NCBI GenBank assembly: GCA_028534125.1
Contig: CM052818.1
Span: forward strand, 12,774,001 to 12,838,000
Length of the DNA: 64,000 nt
Source of the DNA: Lama glama
Taxonomy: Eukaryota
Reading direction: 5' to 3'
A program made the position numbers and the translations under genes. The notes under the pieces were generated by a model. It had not been told where the DNA came from. It did no database searches and worked only from the letters and a program-made list of their open reading frames with translations. Below are positions 1 through 12,139 of this stretch, piece by piece. Numbering within the stretch: position 1 is the first letter of the stretch; each line of letters starts with the position of its first letter.

Positions 1-453
1 ATTAACTCAAAACAAGCACAAGGTCCAAAATCTGCAGAGGTCATATTGGGTCCAATTCCTCCTCCAAGACTAAAAGGAATCTGAGGTCAAAAAGCTCTAG
101 CCTGGGGGATTCCAGGGGTTGTAGCACAACAAGCTGGTTTAGGTAAACTGGCAAAATTGAAAAGCCTTGGTCCAACGTCCGAATGAATCAACGGTCCAAG
201 AGGCCAGGCAGAGAGCACGAACTCATGTGTGACTTAAAGGGTGAAAATCAGAAGAGAGTGAAGGTTCTAAAGCATGATAAAGAAGGAAGTTGTTAAAAGG
301 GTTGAGCAGCATGAACACCACGTTCTACAAATCATGAAACTGAGAGAGTTCCACTTCTGATGTGGCATAATATAGGAGGAAATAATGGTCAGGGAATTAA
401 GAATATGGTATCATGTTATATCATTATGTGAAAATCCCTTCTAGTGAGGGAGT

Positions 454-505
454 TCAATCCTCATGTCCATGCTGACTGGTCAATCTTACCATGTCCATGC
501 TGACT
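454..505. repeat. Short imperfect tandem duplication (~28-bp unit)
   Basis: catgtccatgctgact occurs at 462-477 and 490-505, each preceded by tcaatc(c/t)t. Confidence 0.85.
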
Positions 506-1659
506 TTATTTCACACTAAATTAGCTTAGTGTCAAAGTCAAAACAAGTCTGCCAAAGGTTTTCCTTTTCCAAAAGGCCCTTGCATCTCCTTACCATGCAT
601 GACAAATTTAATTACAGAAAATAATTTCCAGTAGCACTACACTACTGAAAAAACACCAACTTAGCTATGAACAGACTACTCCAAAATGTCACAAGATGCG
701 TGAGAAAACCACACGGTTGGGAATTCAACACCACATCATCATTCCTGATGATCAACCAATTCATTTTTGTCACTGCAGCATACATACCAAGCAAGCTTGT
801 TCCATGTCACCATGTTACTCCTATCAATTTATACTATAGAGTACAGTCATACTGCTCTGTTAAGGAAAGAGAATGGAGTAGATGAAATGTCAACTTAGGT
901 GGGGATCAGTACTAATAACAAGTGCTGATTCAGCACACAAGAAACTGCTCTACAATTAATTCAAAAACAAAAGAGACCAAAAAAAAGAGAGACAGAACTA
1001 CTTAAAATGTATTATTATTGGTTCATTAAACTATAATTTGTAAAGACGGATAAAGCTGCACCACAATGTTTCTACTACAGGACTGACTTAAATAACAAAA
1101 CCATCCACTTAGATAGATACAGATTTCCCTATTTCTACAACAGAAGGGTATCTGAAAGCTCCAAAGCATTCTTCACAGATAACACTGAGCTGAGAGAATG
1201 TTCTTTGTTGAAAGTTCAAAACAGGATAAAATATTAAAAGCATTCAAAAGCATTTTATCTTTGAAACATCAGTCTTCAGAATAAAATGTCATTGAATTCC
1301 TGAAATATTTTTCAGCAAAAGCATGGACCAGAACTTGCAATACATATTTAAATGCTTTAACATACGATCTTATACTCACCACCAAGGAAACTATGCCTAA
1401 TAAAAACTAGTAGGTTATTTTTTTGAAATTACATATAAAAGGATATTTTTTCATAATTAGAAGTATATTTCTATATTCAAAGAAATTCAGAATGTGCAGA
1501 GTGGACATGAATTTCTGACTTAGAAGCCTTGGGAGACAATATAAATGATCAGCTATTTTTGGAAAAAAGAGAATGGCCAGCCATTCCCGTCATATCTGAT
1601 GTCCATTTAGTAGCAGAAGACAAGAAGGCTCCTTGCTTTTGCTGGAAGGAGCAAAGCAA

Positions 1660-1662
1660 AAA

Positions 1663-1713
<51 letters not shown>

Positions 1714-1714
1714 A
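1660..1714. repeat. (AAAT)n microsatellite
   Basis: Perfect aaat array of about 13-14 units. Confidence 0.98.
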
Positions 1715-1729
1715 TGCACTATAAACACA

Positions 1730-1877
1730 TATTTCTCAAGCTTTAATGTTCATTTTAAACACTTGAGGATCCTATTAAAATACAGATTCTGATTTGGTAG
1801 GTCTGGGAGTCTACGTTTCTAAATGCCTTCATGTGATACCTATGCTGCTAATCTGGGGATCACTCCTTGAACAACAG
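1730..1877. mobile_element. MER5A-like hAT-Charlie MITE
   Basis: ttctcaagcttt...aaaatacagattctgatttggtaggtctggg...gatcactccttga resembles the MER5 consensus (recall). Confidence 0.7.
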
Positions 1878-1970
1878 TTATAAAGAATAAAAAGGCAAAT
1901 CAGCATCATACAAAGAGGAGCCTGTTTTTTCAGATTTCTCTTAAGTCCTTCCTAGTCTGAACTGTTCTGC

Positions 1971-2151
1971 ATCAATGGTTTTTATCTTGGCTGCACATTA
2001 GAATCACCTGGGGAGTTTTCAAAACTCCTGCTGCCCAGGTCACATCCCAAATCAATTAAGTCAGTCCTGAGGGGTAGTTCCCAGCATTGGTGGTTGTTGA
2101 AGGTCCCCAGGTGATTCCAGTGTGTAACCAAGAGTGAGAAACACTGGCCTA
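1971..2151. mobile_element. MER5B/MER5A1-like hAT-Charlie MITE
   Basis: ttggctgcacattagaatcacctggggag...ccccaggtgattcc...gagaaacactg hallmark internal inverted repeats. Confidence 0.8.
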
Positions 2152-2982
2152 GATGGACTTTTAACGACTTAAACAAAATTGAAGACCAGGTCTTCTTAAA
2201 TTTAGCTCAGTAGCCAAGCATTTGAACAGATGTCATGATTGCTAGAAACATCAACAGAGAAAAATCAAGCAAAACCCTCAGCTGTTTTGATTATTTTTCA
2301 CTGCGGTTCTTTAGGCAGTTTTGTGAGGACCTTTTAGAATAAGGTCCATAGATCCCCTATCATCGTTTCCCTTAGCTGGATGCACATTTTTCTGGCCCTA
2401 TTTCACGACAGTCTCAAGGAAAGACAACTTTCTGAATGCAAATTGCCTTTAATTGACACACGCACATAGTGATTGATAATCCATAGTGAATCCTAACTTC
2501 AGCTTCATATTGAATACAGAAACAGCTTTAATCTCCCCATTATTACAGAAAAGTAATACTTTATATAACATTTACATCTGTGAAGAAAAAATGCTAACAG
2601 CAGCTGCAGCAAATGAAAACAAGATTAAGTTTTAATCATGAAACTGGTTGTCAATATCTTGATCAGCAAATAATACAGTACTATGGAAATGGGAAGTTAG
2701 GCTTAAATTCTCTACACCACTAAACATTATCATAGTAAAAACCCATTATGGATCTGACCCATTTTATATACTAATGCATGTTTCTCTATTAATGTGCACT
2801 ATAATTAAAAAGCAAAGATAATCTTAGCTAGCTGTATCTCTAACACAAATTTTTAAATGTTTACATAGCAGTGACAAGCCAGAATTCCTTCTTTCAAAAT
2901 TTCTCCTAATACTGATTGTACCAAAAGAAATCCTCCCTTACTCTTAACAATTTGGTTTCTTATTTCTTTCAAATTAAAATTT

Positions 2983-3548
2983 CATTCATCTCTTTATTCC
3001 CTCATTCAGTATCCCTTTATTCAACGACTGATTAAATGCTCACTGTATTAGGTACTGTGCTACCTTCTGGGTATAAAGTGGTGAGCAAAACCAGTTAGAG
3101 AACCTGTGTTGTTCGAGTTTACAACATAGAGGGGCAGACAGACACCCCTTAAAAATTACAGTATCAAAACTACTATGTATAAAATAGATAAGCAACATGG
3201 ATTAACTATATAGCACAGGTAATCATACCCATTATCTTATAATAACCTATAACAAATTATAATCTGCAAAAATACTGAATCACTATGCTGTATACCTAAA
3301 ATTTAACATAATACTATAAAGCAACTATACTTCAATTTTAAAAGGTATGAAGCATATAGGCTCATGAAAAAGAAAAAAATTAGAGTATCAAGTAAAATAT
3401 CACAAACCTGTAGCTATGACAAATGCTTTTAAAAAAATGCAAGAAACATTGTGATGTGAGACTCTAAAATAGGGAGTTTGACCTACTCAGAGAGGTCAGG
3501 GAAGAATGGTCTAAAGAAGCAGCACTTGACCTGCAATCTGAAAGATGG
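2983..3548 (-). mobile_element. L2 3' end, interrupted by an L1 at 3168-3379
   Basis: cattcatc...ttcaacgactgattaaatgctcactgtattaggtactgtgc is the reverse L2 tail; continues after the L1 as gaggtcagggaag...cttgacctgcaatctgaaagatg. Confidence 0.75.
3168..3379 (+). mobile_element. 5'-truncated cetartiodactyl-type L1 3' end with 17-bp TSD
   Basis: actactatgtataaaatagataagcaac...gaatcactatgctgtatacct...caactatacttcaatt; flanks aaaaattacagtatcaa (3151-3167) and aaaaattagagtatcaa (3375-3391); TT/AAAA site. Confidence 0.9.
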
Positions 3549-3558
3549 TCAATTTTTA

Positions 3559-4191
3559 GTTTTTTTTTAAAAAAGCTTCATTGAGATAGATTGATATACA
3601 AAGAACTGTACAAATTTAACGTGTACAATTTGATGCATTTGAATGTGGGCAAACATTTGTGATACCATCACTGTAATCAAGGTAATAGACATATCCAACA
3701 TCTCCCAGAGTTTCCTTGTGTCCCTTTGCTTTGTTGTTTTGCTTTGTTTCATCTTGTGTTGTTTTGTGGTAAGAGCACTTAAGATGAGATCTACCCTCTT
3801 AAACTTTTAAAGTGCACAAAATGAAATTGTTAACTATAGGCACTATGTTGCACAGGACATCTCAAGAATTTATTCATCTGACATAATTGAAACTTTATAT
3901 CCTTTGAAAACAACCCCTTAATTCCCCAACCTCTAGCCTTTGGCAACCACTATTACATTCTCTGCTTCTAGGAATTTGACTGTTTTAGGTACTTCATATA
4001 AGCAGAAGCATACAGTATTTGCCTTTCTGTGACTGGTTTATTTAACTTAGTGTAATGTCGTCAAGGTTCATCCATGTTGTTACAAAGATAGGATTTCCTT
4101 TCTTAAGGCTGAATAATATTCCATTGTGTGTATATATCATTTCTTTCTTTATCCACAACCTGTAGATGTACATTTAGGTTATTTCCACATC
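3559..4191 (-). mobile_element. L1MA/L1MB-type 3' end (3'UTR plus end of ORF2)
   Basis: Poly-T start, gtggtaagagcacttaagatgagatctaccctctt, tttctgtgactggtttatttaacttagtgtaatgtc, aaggctgaataatattccattgtg. Confidence 0.9.
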
Positions 4192-4238
4192 TAAGTGGAC
4201 CCATGCAGTTCAAATCTGGGTTGTTAAAGGGTCAACTG
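4192..4238 (+). mobile_element. Tigger1 terminal fragment
   Basis: agtggacccatgcagttcaaatctgggttgttaaagggtcaactg matches the Tigger1 3' terminus/TIR (recall). Confidence 0.75.
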
Positions 4239-4579
4239 TTTATTGTTAATTTAGCCTCCATTTACAGTTCTTCCTTCTCACACTTCTATATAAATAAATA
4301 ATACATCAGAATATTGTAAGAGGTAAAGCTAAAAATGATCCTAGAGATTAGACTAGCACAATAATTTTAATATAGTAACCCTATATTCTACATGTTCCTA
4401 TATTTTATTTGCAAAATTTAAATTCTGTGACCCATCTTCTATAAATAGCTAGGATGGCAACAATATTGATAACCCTTGTAAACCAAATAGTGACATTTGT
4501 TTGTATATAACTAAATATATATGGACATATATGGTGACTATATATGGGAAACAATTTTAAAATAAGAAGGGTTTGGTTC

Positions 4580-4775
4580 CAGGGTAAGCAAACTATAGCC
4601 AGTTGGCCAAATCCAGCCACGGCATATTTTTGTAAATAAAGTTTCTTGGAACAGAGGCACACACATTAATTTATGTATTATCTATGGCTGCTTTCATGCT
4701 ACAATGGCATGAGTTGAGTTGTTGCAATAAAAACCATATGGCTTCCAAAGTCATTATAGAAAAAGTCGATCCCTG
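4580..4775. mobile_element. MER58A hAT-Charlie MITE
   Basis: cagggtaagcaaactatagcc...tttttgtaaataaagtttcttggaaca...tatggctgctttcatgctacaatggca...ccctg. Confidence 0.9.
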
Positions 4776-4901
4776 GGGTGATTACAGCCAGACAGACTTA
4801 ATTTGGCTCTATCCTAAAACATCCTTTATATTACATTTTCCCACAGATTTTAGAATCTCCTCTTAGAGAAAGTTTTGAAGAAAGTAAACAAATCTCTTCG
4901 G

Positions 4902-5000
4902 CAGGGTGACCAGCTGTTCCTACCTCGGACTCCTGGTTTTACCACTGAAAGTCCATGTCCTGGGAAATCCCTCAGTCTTGGGAAAACTGAGACAAGTTGC
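4902..5000. mobile_element. MER81/MER94-type hAT-Blackjack MITE
   Basis: cagggtgacc terminus and ggttttaccactgaaagtcc...ccctcagtc. Confidence 0.7.
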
Positions 5001-6859
5001 TTGCTTCATCATAGCCCTCCTAGGATTCCAACCAGACAGCAACCTAGCCTGAGACCTTTGTGAGTGGAGACTGTTTCATGCACACTTTTAGCTGCTACTG
5101 CTAGCACACGTGTTAATAATTAGGAGAACATAAGCAATGCCTTTATCTTACGTACAGAATGATACATCACTTGCAGCTGTTGCCCAAAAATCTAAGTCCA
5201 CACTGAACAGGGCTTCTTAGACTATGAGGATCATATCTATAAATGTAAAAGTGCTTTATTTTACAGCATTAACTCTAGTTCTAAGCAAACTGCCAAGAAG
5301 AATAGCCATTTACAAAGACAACAATTAACAGCTTTGTTAGAGGCAATATGAGATGAAGATTCAAGCAGCAATGTCAGCTTCCCGAACTCTCTTAAAAAAA
5401 CAAAATGAAAACAAACAAACAAACAAAAACACTACTTGGTGTTTAAAGAAAACCTCTAGGCCAGTAACTCACCTCAGGTCTGTAGGCTCAAGTGTGAGGG
5501 CAGCTAACGATTACTGGAAGCAGCGTCCCAGGGAAGCACCCCAGGTAAAGCCCTTAAATCCAGGACAACTCATTCAAAACCAGGATGATGGAAAGTTAGG
5601 AGGGATTAAGGAAGGACAAGTTCTTAATAAATAGTATGTGTGGGGCAGGGGGTTGCAGAGGAGGGAAAAGGCAGAGGCACCTGGAGTGACTCCTGAGTGC
5701 AAGGATCAGTGAGGGTTCATGATCCAGCTTCCATAGATATAAATTTGAGTGAACCAAGAGGCACTCAAGGGAGACAGACTCAGAGTGAACAGTTATCATT
5801 TTAAGTATACCAAAGTATTTGTGTTTGTTTCTTAGTTTGTCAGGGTAATTTGGTTTTCATTTTTCAACAGTAGCAGCTGGGAAACTATCTCAGTTTAAAC
5901 TGTGGCCATAGTAGCCAAGTGGTGTTTTCATCAGTGTGTATGCTTCTAAGTAACTATTTTACACCCAAACACAGTGGTTCTTGTTAAAAATGTTTTTGGG
6001 TACTGTACCCTAGAATAGGTACCTGCTTAGTATAACTTTTCTATAAAGCCTCCCAGGCACAGGTTCTCACACAAAGCAAGAAGCAATGCATCATAAAAGA
6101 CGGAGTGTTGTTTCTTAAATTTATGTTAACACTCCACTGACCATTTTCTGAAAGATCCATGAGTTTCTCATGATGAGCAAACTGGTATTTTAAGGCTATC
6201 AAAGTGGACATTAGAAAACATATGCTCAGGGTATGGATGAAATACCATCACAAAGGTCAATGACACTCTGACTTTCTCTTTCCTGGGTGGGGAGAGTGCT
6301 TTTACAGGCATTTTAGTTATTTCATGTTAAAGGTAAATTTTATTCAGAATGGACATTGAAGACACTTAGATAATAATTCTGCACAATAATGTGAGAGCCT
6401 GAATTCACTGTAATTACCCTTGTATCACTGTAGGGATTATTATGAGGTTGAATGGAAGTGAAAACTTTGCTTCCTTTCTTTGAGAAAAGCAGGGAGGGAG
6501 GAGTCTGGATTTGGGTAAAGGGCATATGGGAGCTTCTGTACAACTGAGTAGGGCTCCCAGCTCTGAGCTAAGGAGAATGAGAAAGAAGGGCATCTCAAAG
6601 AGTGAAGCATGGCCCATGCCTAATGAGATTACCATATCAGCAAAGCATACTTAAATTAGTAATTTTTTAATATACTAAGTTTAAAAAGTTGCCTCCAAGT
6701 AAAAGAGTTGCAGGGGCATCCAAACCAGAGAAGCATGGCCCATGACTGAGTAAAATAAAACCCTGCTTGAAATTTGTATTTGTCAGTTCTATAATTCTTC
6801 ATCTTATACATAAGCTCTCAGTACTTAGTTTCAACTTTCTGTTAAACTGTGTTATCTAT

Positions 6860-6990
6860 ATATCTTAAGTGTGCAACTCAATGAATTCTCACAAACCAAG
6901 CATACCTATGCAGCCAACACTCAGATCAGGAAAAAGAATATTACCCGCTGTCACTGCCCTCCTTTTTCATAAGCCAACATCCTAACTTGG
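6860..6990 (-). mobile_element. Old L1 (L1MC/L1ME-like) 3'UTR fragment
   Basis: tcttaagtgtgcaactcaatgaattctcacaaac...aacactcagatcaggaaaaagaatattacc. Confidence 0.6.
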
Positions 6991-7164
6991 CTTCGTGCAT
7001 CTTTGTTAAGTATCACTATTTGGTCTTAGCCACATTTCTGGATCTCAGGTCTGGTGTTCTTGCCTCTAGCAGGGTGAAGTCCAGAGACAACTGCTCAGTT
7101 CTGGAGAGGTGAGAAGACAACAACAGAAGCAGAGCAGGGAGGCCTGGATCCATGGTATAGACCA

Positions 7165-7295
7165 CAAATCAGTAAACTTGTTCTATAAAGGCCAGATAGG
7201 AAACATTGGTTTTCTGGGTCATAATGTCTTTGTCAACATTCTAAATGACTATCAGTGGCTGCATTCCAATAAAACTTTATTTATAAAAACATACA
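7165..7295. mobile_element. MER58 fragment
   Basis: aaacttgttctataaaggccagatagg...ggctgcattccaataaaactttatttataaaaac. Confidence 0.75.
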
Positions 7296-8349
7296 AAGTT
7301 TTGGTACTTTGTTACCTAGTATAGAGCTAGCAATACCTATGGAATGTGGGATATTACATGGAAACATCAGAAATACTTCAAGAGGGGAACCTTGTAAAAT
7401 CCTGGATCTCACTCTAAATAAAAGGTAGTTAATCCAGACATTTGTTATCTGGACTCCTCAAGGCAGGAGAACTTGAGCCTTGTAGTTTATTTTTGCTTAT
7501 TTCTACCCTTATTCTAGTTTCTAACTTTCAAAATAATGCAGTAGTCAGCAGCAAGAGATTGCAAACGTCTAGAAGCAAGACTATTTCTGTTATATTTAGT
7601 AACACTGCTTAAGGAAGCACTCAGGATGTCACACTTTTTAAAATTTCAAGTTCACTGAAAGCAAAATTTTGTTCCAATAAAATATTCCATGAACAATGGA
7701 ATTTATATAAATCTTGCAGTTTTTTTTAATATTTAACAATTTAACCATTAAACATTCATTAGATTATAAATTGTAAAGAAGACACAGTTATACGTAACAT
7801 GACATTTCTTTCACTTTCTAAAACCAATGGTCAGTTTAAGATACTTCCATTCAATTCTGCTTCCAGAAAGCCTTTATTTTGGCACATGTTGAAATGGCTT
7901 CCATCATCTTGAACTCAATGTGTTGGATCCTGCATGGTTTTGGCAGAGGGTGTTCTAATGTGTACTACAGAAATACCAAAATGAGTGAGTCTAGTGGCAT
8001 TTCTACGAAGTTCCTGCTTAATCTGCTTTCTGTTTGCCTTCAGAAAACTATGAAAATGTACAGGGAAATGTGAAAATAAATGTGAGCTGACAAAAATCAT
8101 ACAACCACTGGACATCACCTGATGTTTATCACATACCCATTGAGTTAATTCTGTGATAATCTTCTACAACTGGAAAATTATCCATATTCCTTTCTTTGTT
8201 CACATAGTAGATATAGCATCAGGTTTTTGTTTTGTTTTGGTTTTTTACCCTCACACAAAATAATCATAACATCACCACACCAGCATACAGGCCAACTTTG
8301 ACTCTTCATTTTCTCTTCCCGTAGCCAAAATATACTATTCTTCCCACTA

Positions 8350-8620
8350 ACCCTACTGCCTACACTCTAGTCCAAAACATCATCATTTCTCAATTGAATT
8401 CTTGCAATAGCTTCCCAGCAGGCATCTTGCTTCCACAATTACCCCCCCAGTCTACGTTCTGCACAGCAACTAGAGTGATATCTTTCAAACACAGACTAGA
8501 TGTTATTATTAATTAGTTCAAAACCCTCCTGCAGCCTTCATCTCCTTCTTTACTTTATCTATATGTTCGTATTTATTTGTTATATATTTTAATTATCTTT
8601 TCTCTCAACTAGAATAAACT
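8350..8620 (+). mobile_element. L2 fragment
   Basis: ctagtccaaaacatcatcatttctc...tgcaatagcttcc...gcacagcaactagagtgatatctttcaaacac. Confidence 0.7.
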
Positions 8621-9682
8621 CAATAGGAGTAAGGGAGGTTGGGATGGAGGGAAGGAAAGGGAAGGTGGAGTAGAAAAATTGCCTTGAACTTATTAGATAT
8701 ATACACGTAAGACCAGACAGTGGAATTTCTTTTACTTGCAATGTAAATTACATTAAAATATTCTAATGTGCCTCAAATATAATCCAAATACTGTGGATGA
8801 AATTATTAAGGTGATTTTAAAGAGTAAATAAAGTAAATGATGTGTATAGTCTTTCTGTGGTCATTTTGATGTTAATTATTATCAATAAACATTGAACTTT
8901 AGTGGAAAGCATAGTTTTCTTGTTACTGTGGGAGTTGTATCACACAAAGAAGTCTTCTCTTACTAAAGTACTTTATGATCATTGTCAGAAGAGAAAAATA
9001 ATGTATATTTCCTATGCATGCTATACAAAATATCTTAAGTTTAAAGTAAACAGTTGTTTTAATTGATTATAAAATATCCCTAGCATTTGAAATTTATGTC
9101 ATCCTTTTGATAAACATGAAATATAAAAGAAAAACAGTACCAATTTATTTCCTCCCTAGAAACTGTCATTCTTTTTATTATCAATCTTCAATGGAATTCT
9201 TCACTAAACTTTATTTTAGTATTATCATAAAAGGGTTGGACTTGGGATTGTAACCTGTTTTTGAAAGGCCTCTTCTAAACATATTCGTCTCCTTATTTGA
9301 CAATTGGTTATTGTTAGGATGTAATCTGCACTCTTATCACCCCATGAAAGAAATGTCTCCTCACACCTTCAAAAGGCATGTATTTGAATGGGTCAAAATA
9401 GAGTCTAAGTAGAATATGTTATAACTGATACATTAATTTATTCTTGGAGATAATTCCTAACAAGAAAATACTTACCCTGCCCTTACCCCTAGACACACAT
9501 ATACACAAGTCTTTCCCCAAGTAAACTTGTCTGTCTTAAGTTCACTGCTATTTTTAGACCATAGGGAGATTTTAAAATTTCTCTTACCCATTGTCAAATT
9601 TAGACCTACTGTTATACAGAGCACATGGAGTAACACCATACTACAACTACTATTATTCTAGAAAAAATAAATTTACTATAGT

Positions 9683-10078
9683 TGTCTTAGATGGTTCATA
9701 TTGCTATTTTAAAAATCCAACTACTGGGTGGCTTAAACACAAGAATTTATTTCTCACAGTTCCAGAGGCTTGGAAATTCAAGATCAAGGGGTCAGGAGTA
9801 GGCTAAATTGATTCCTGAGGAGAGCTCTCTTCCAGGCTATGTCCTCATGTGGTGGAGAAGGAGGGATGGCGGGGCAGAAAGAGAGAGACAGACAGACAGA
9901 CAGATAGAGAGCTCTCTGGTGTCTCTTCTCATAAGGGCTCTAATTCAGTTGGATGAAGGCTCCATCATTATGACCTAATTATCTCCCAAAGGTTCCATCT
10001 CCAAATATGATCACACTGGGGATTAGGATTTCAAAATATGAATTTGGGTGGGACACAATCATGTGATCCATAATAGCA
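9683..10078 (-). mobile_element. MLT1A-type MaLR solo LTR
   Basis: tgtcttag start, gggtggcttaaacacaagaatttatttctcacagttc, caagatcaagg, ggattaggatttcaaaatatgaatttgggtgggacac end; internal (GACA)n. Confidence 0.9.
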
Positions 10079-10284
10079 GTCCACTGAATATTCCTGGTAA
10101 TGGGATAAAGCAAAAAATATTTACTCAAACATTAAAAAAGAAAATTAGTCTCTAAAAACGGCATTCATTAAAAATTTTAAAAAATTAAACACAAGAAAAA
10201 TAAAGCAGGATTGTACTTAATATTAAGAGTTTAACTTCGACCCAACTTAAAATAAGCAGGGTAGTATACACAATCAAACATAAC

Positions 10285-10990
10285 GATTGCCTTTACACCT
10301 ACCAGGATGACTCTAGTCAGAAAGACAGATATTACAACATACTGGCTGGGGAGGAAGTGGAGAAATTAAAGCTTTTAACCCTCGTGACAGGAATGTAAAA
10401 TGTTTCAGCCACTTTGGAAAACAGTCTGGCAGTTCCTCAAACAATTAAAAATAAAAAAGCTACTATAGGATCCATAAATCCCACATTTAGGTATATACAT
10501 TCAAGAAAATTTAAAACATGCATCCATGTAAAATCTTGTATGTGAATGTTCATGGATGCTTTTTTCATAACAGCCAAAAGATGAGGAAAAAACCTAAATG
10601 TCCATCAACTGATAAATGAATAAATAAAATGTGGTATATCCATACAGTAGAATGTTATTCAATTATAAAAATGAATGAAATCCTAATAAAGGCTACAAGA
10701 TGAATGAACCTTAAAAACATTATGCTAAGTGAAAGAAGCCAGTTATAAAAGGCCAGACCACATATGATATGATATGATTCCATTCATATGAAATATCTAG
10801 AACTGTAAAATCTGTAGGATATAAAGAAGATTAGTGGTTGTCAGAAGACTGGGAAGGTGGAGGGAGAGGGAATGGCATAGAGATCTGGAGTTTGTTTCTG
10901 AAGCAATGAAATGTTTTACAATCGATTTGGTGATACATGTGCAACTCTGTGAAATAAACTGTACCCTTTAAAATGTGTGTTTTAAATAAA
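10285..10990 (+). mobile_element. L1MB-type ORF2 3' end and 3'UTR
   Basis: ggaatgtaaaatg...cagccactttggaaaacagtctggcagttcctcaa; aaatgtccatcaactgataaatg; aaaacattatgctaagtgaaagaagccag. Confidence 0.9.
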
Positions 10991-11135
10991 CTATATATTT
11001 AAACTTTATATAAATTTTATTGATTTATATTTTATATGAGTTTTATATACATGTATATTTATTAGATATATTTTATGTATCCATATTATATATTTATATT
11101 ACATGTATTTGTTGATATATGTTTTATATAAACTT
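10985..11135. repeat. AT-rich low-complexity tract
   Basis: Degenerate (TA)/(TTTA)-rich run following the L1 tail. Confidence 0.75.
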
Positions 11136-11351
11136 TAATTCAATGTTAATATCTTTCATTCTGCTTCACCTAATCATAGACCATGAAGCAATATAAAAAG
11201 AAAACATACAAGGTGAACAACATTCTCCCCCTCTCTCTTCAATTTTTATTGTTAGTTCCAAGGCTTCTAATATTTGTCTATTCTGCTAATGTGCCCAAAT
11301 TACTGGTAGAATAAAGCTCACAGAATTTATGGTACATGTACATAGTGCATG

Positions 11352-11405
11352 TATGTGTGTGTGTGAGAGAGAGACAGCATGCGCGTGCGAGAGAGAGCAA
11401 GAGAG
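11352..11405. repeat. Compound (TG)n/(GA)n microsatellite
   Basis: tatgtgtgtgtgtgagagagagac...gcgagagagagc. Confidence 0.8.
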
Positions 11406-11600
11406 AAAAAGAGGTACTTTAAAACCAAAAAACTTTCACCAAGTCGTAATCATGTGAGTTTTCGGTTTGTGTTAACAGCATAATTTGAAACAGTAGGATA
11501 TAATGAAATGGAGGAGGAGATATTAAGTCTGGCCAGCCATCTTCACAGTCTTCCAGAAACATAGAAATCTCTCCCTGATAGGATTTGCAAAATACTAACA

Positions 11601-11893
11601 TCTTACAGTATTTGCCTTTCTCTGTCTGACTTACCTCACTTAGCATAACACCCTCCAAGTCCATCCATGTTGCTGCAAATGGGAAAATTTCATTCTTTTT
11701 TACAGCTGGAGTAGTATTCCATAGTGTGTGTGTGTGTGTTTGTGTGTGAGAGTGATAAAGTCTTCTCTTTATCCAATCATATGTTGATGGACACTTAGGT
11801 TGCCTCCATATACTGGCAATTGTAAACAATGCTGCTATGAACATTCGGGCATATTATCTTTTTGAATTAGTGCTCTTTTTTTTTCAGATATAC
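11601..11893 (-). mobile_element. Inverted 5' segment of an L1 (ORF2 C-terminus)
   Basis: ORF 11419-11844(-) begins MFIAALFTIASIWRQPKCPS...WMDLEGVMLSEVSQ, the conserved L1 ORF2p C-terminus; internal (TG)n at ~11724-11748. Confidence 0.93.
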
Positions 11894-12139
11894 TGTATAA
11901 TATCACTTATATGTGGAATCTAAAAAACACAACAAACTAATTAACAAAACAGAAAAGAAGCAGAATCACAAATATAGAGAACAAAATAGTGATTACCAGC
12001 AGGGAAAGGGAAGGGGGGAGGGGAAATATAGGGGTGGGGATAAAAAGAATTATTATGGAATTATATAAAATCATGTGTGTGCAACTTTTGAAAATTTTTA
12101 ACTACAGAATTTAAAGAATCTTTCATTCAATAAAAAAAA
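11891..12139 (+). mobile_element. L1 3'UTR, forward part of a 5'-inverted insertion
   Basis: tatcacttatatgtggaatctaaaaaa, G-rich tract at 12001-12040, AATAAA at 12129 followed by an A tail. Confidence 0.9.

Noticed and set aside
1380..1406. Possible 27-nt (FLLGIVSLV) or 17-nt minus-strand microexon ending in GTGAGT
   Set aside because: The donor is good, but the 27-nt acceptor lacks a pyrimidine tract and the 17-nt form shifts frame; no independent support.
8633..8661. G3N1-7 G-quadruplex consensus; another lies in the L1 3'UTR at 12001-12040
   Set aside because: Common genome-wide; the L1 G-tract is a known feature, and there is no functional evidence here.
11419..11844. 141-aa ORF with a recognisable protein motif
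   Set aside because: L1 ORF2p C-terminal remnant reading into flanking DNA, not a host gene.
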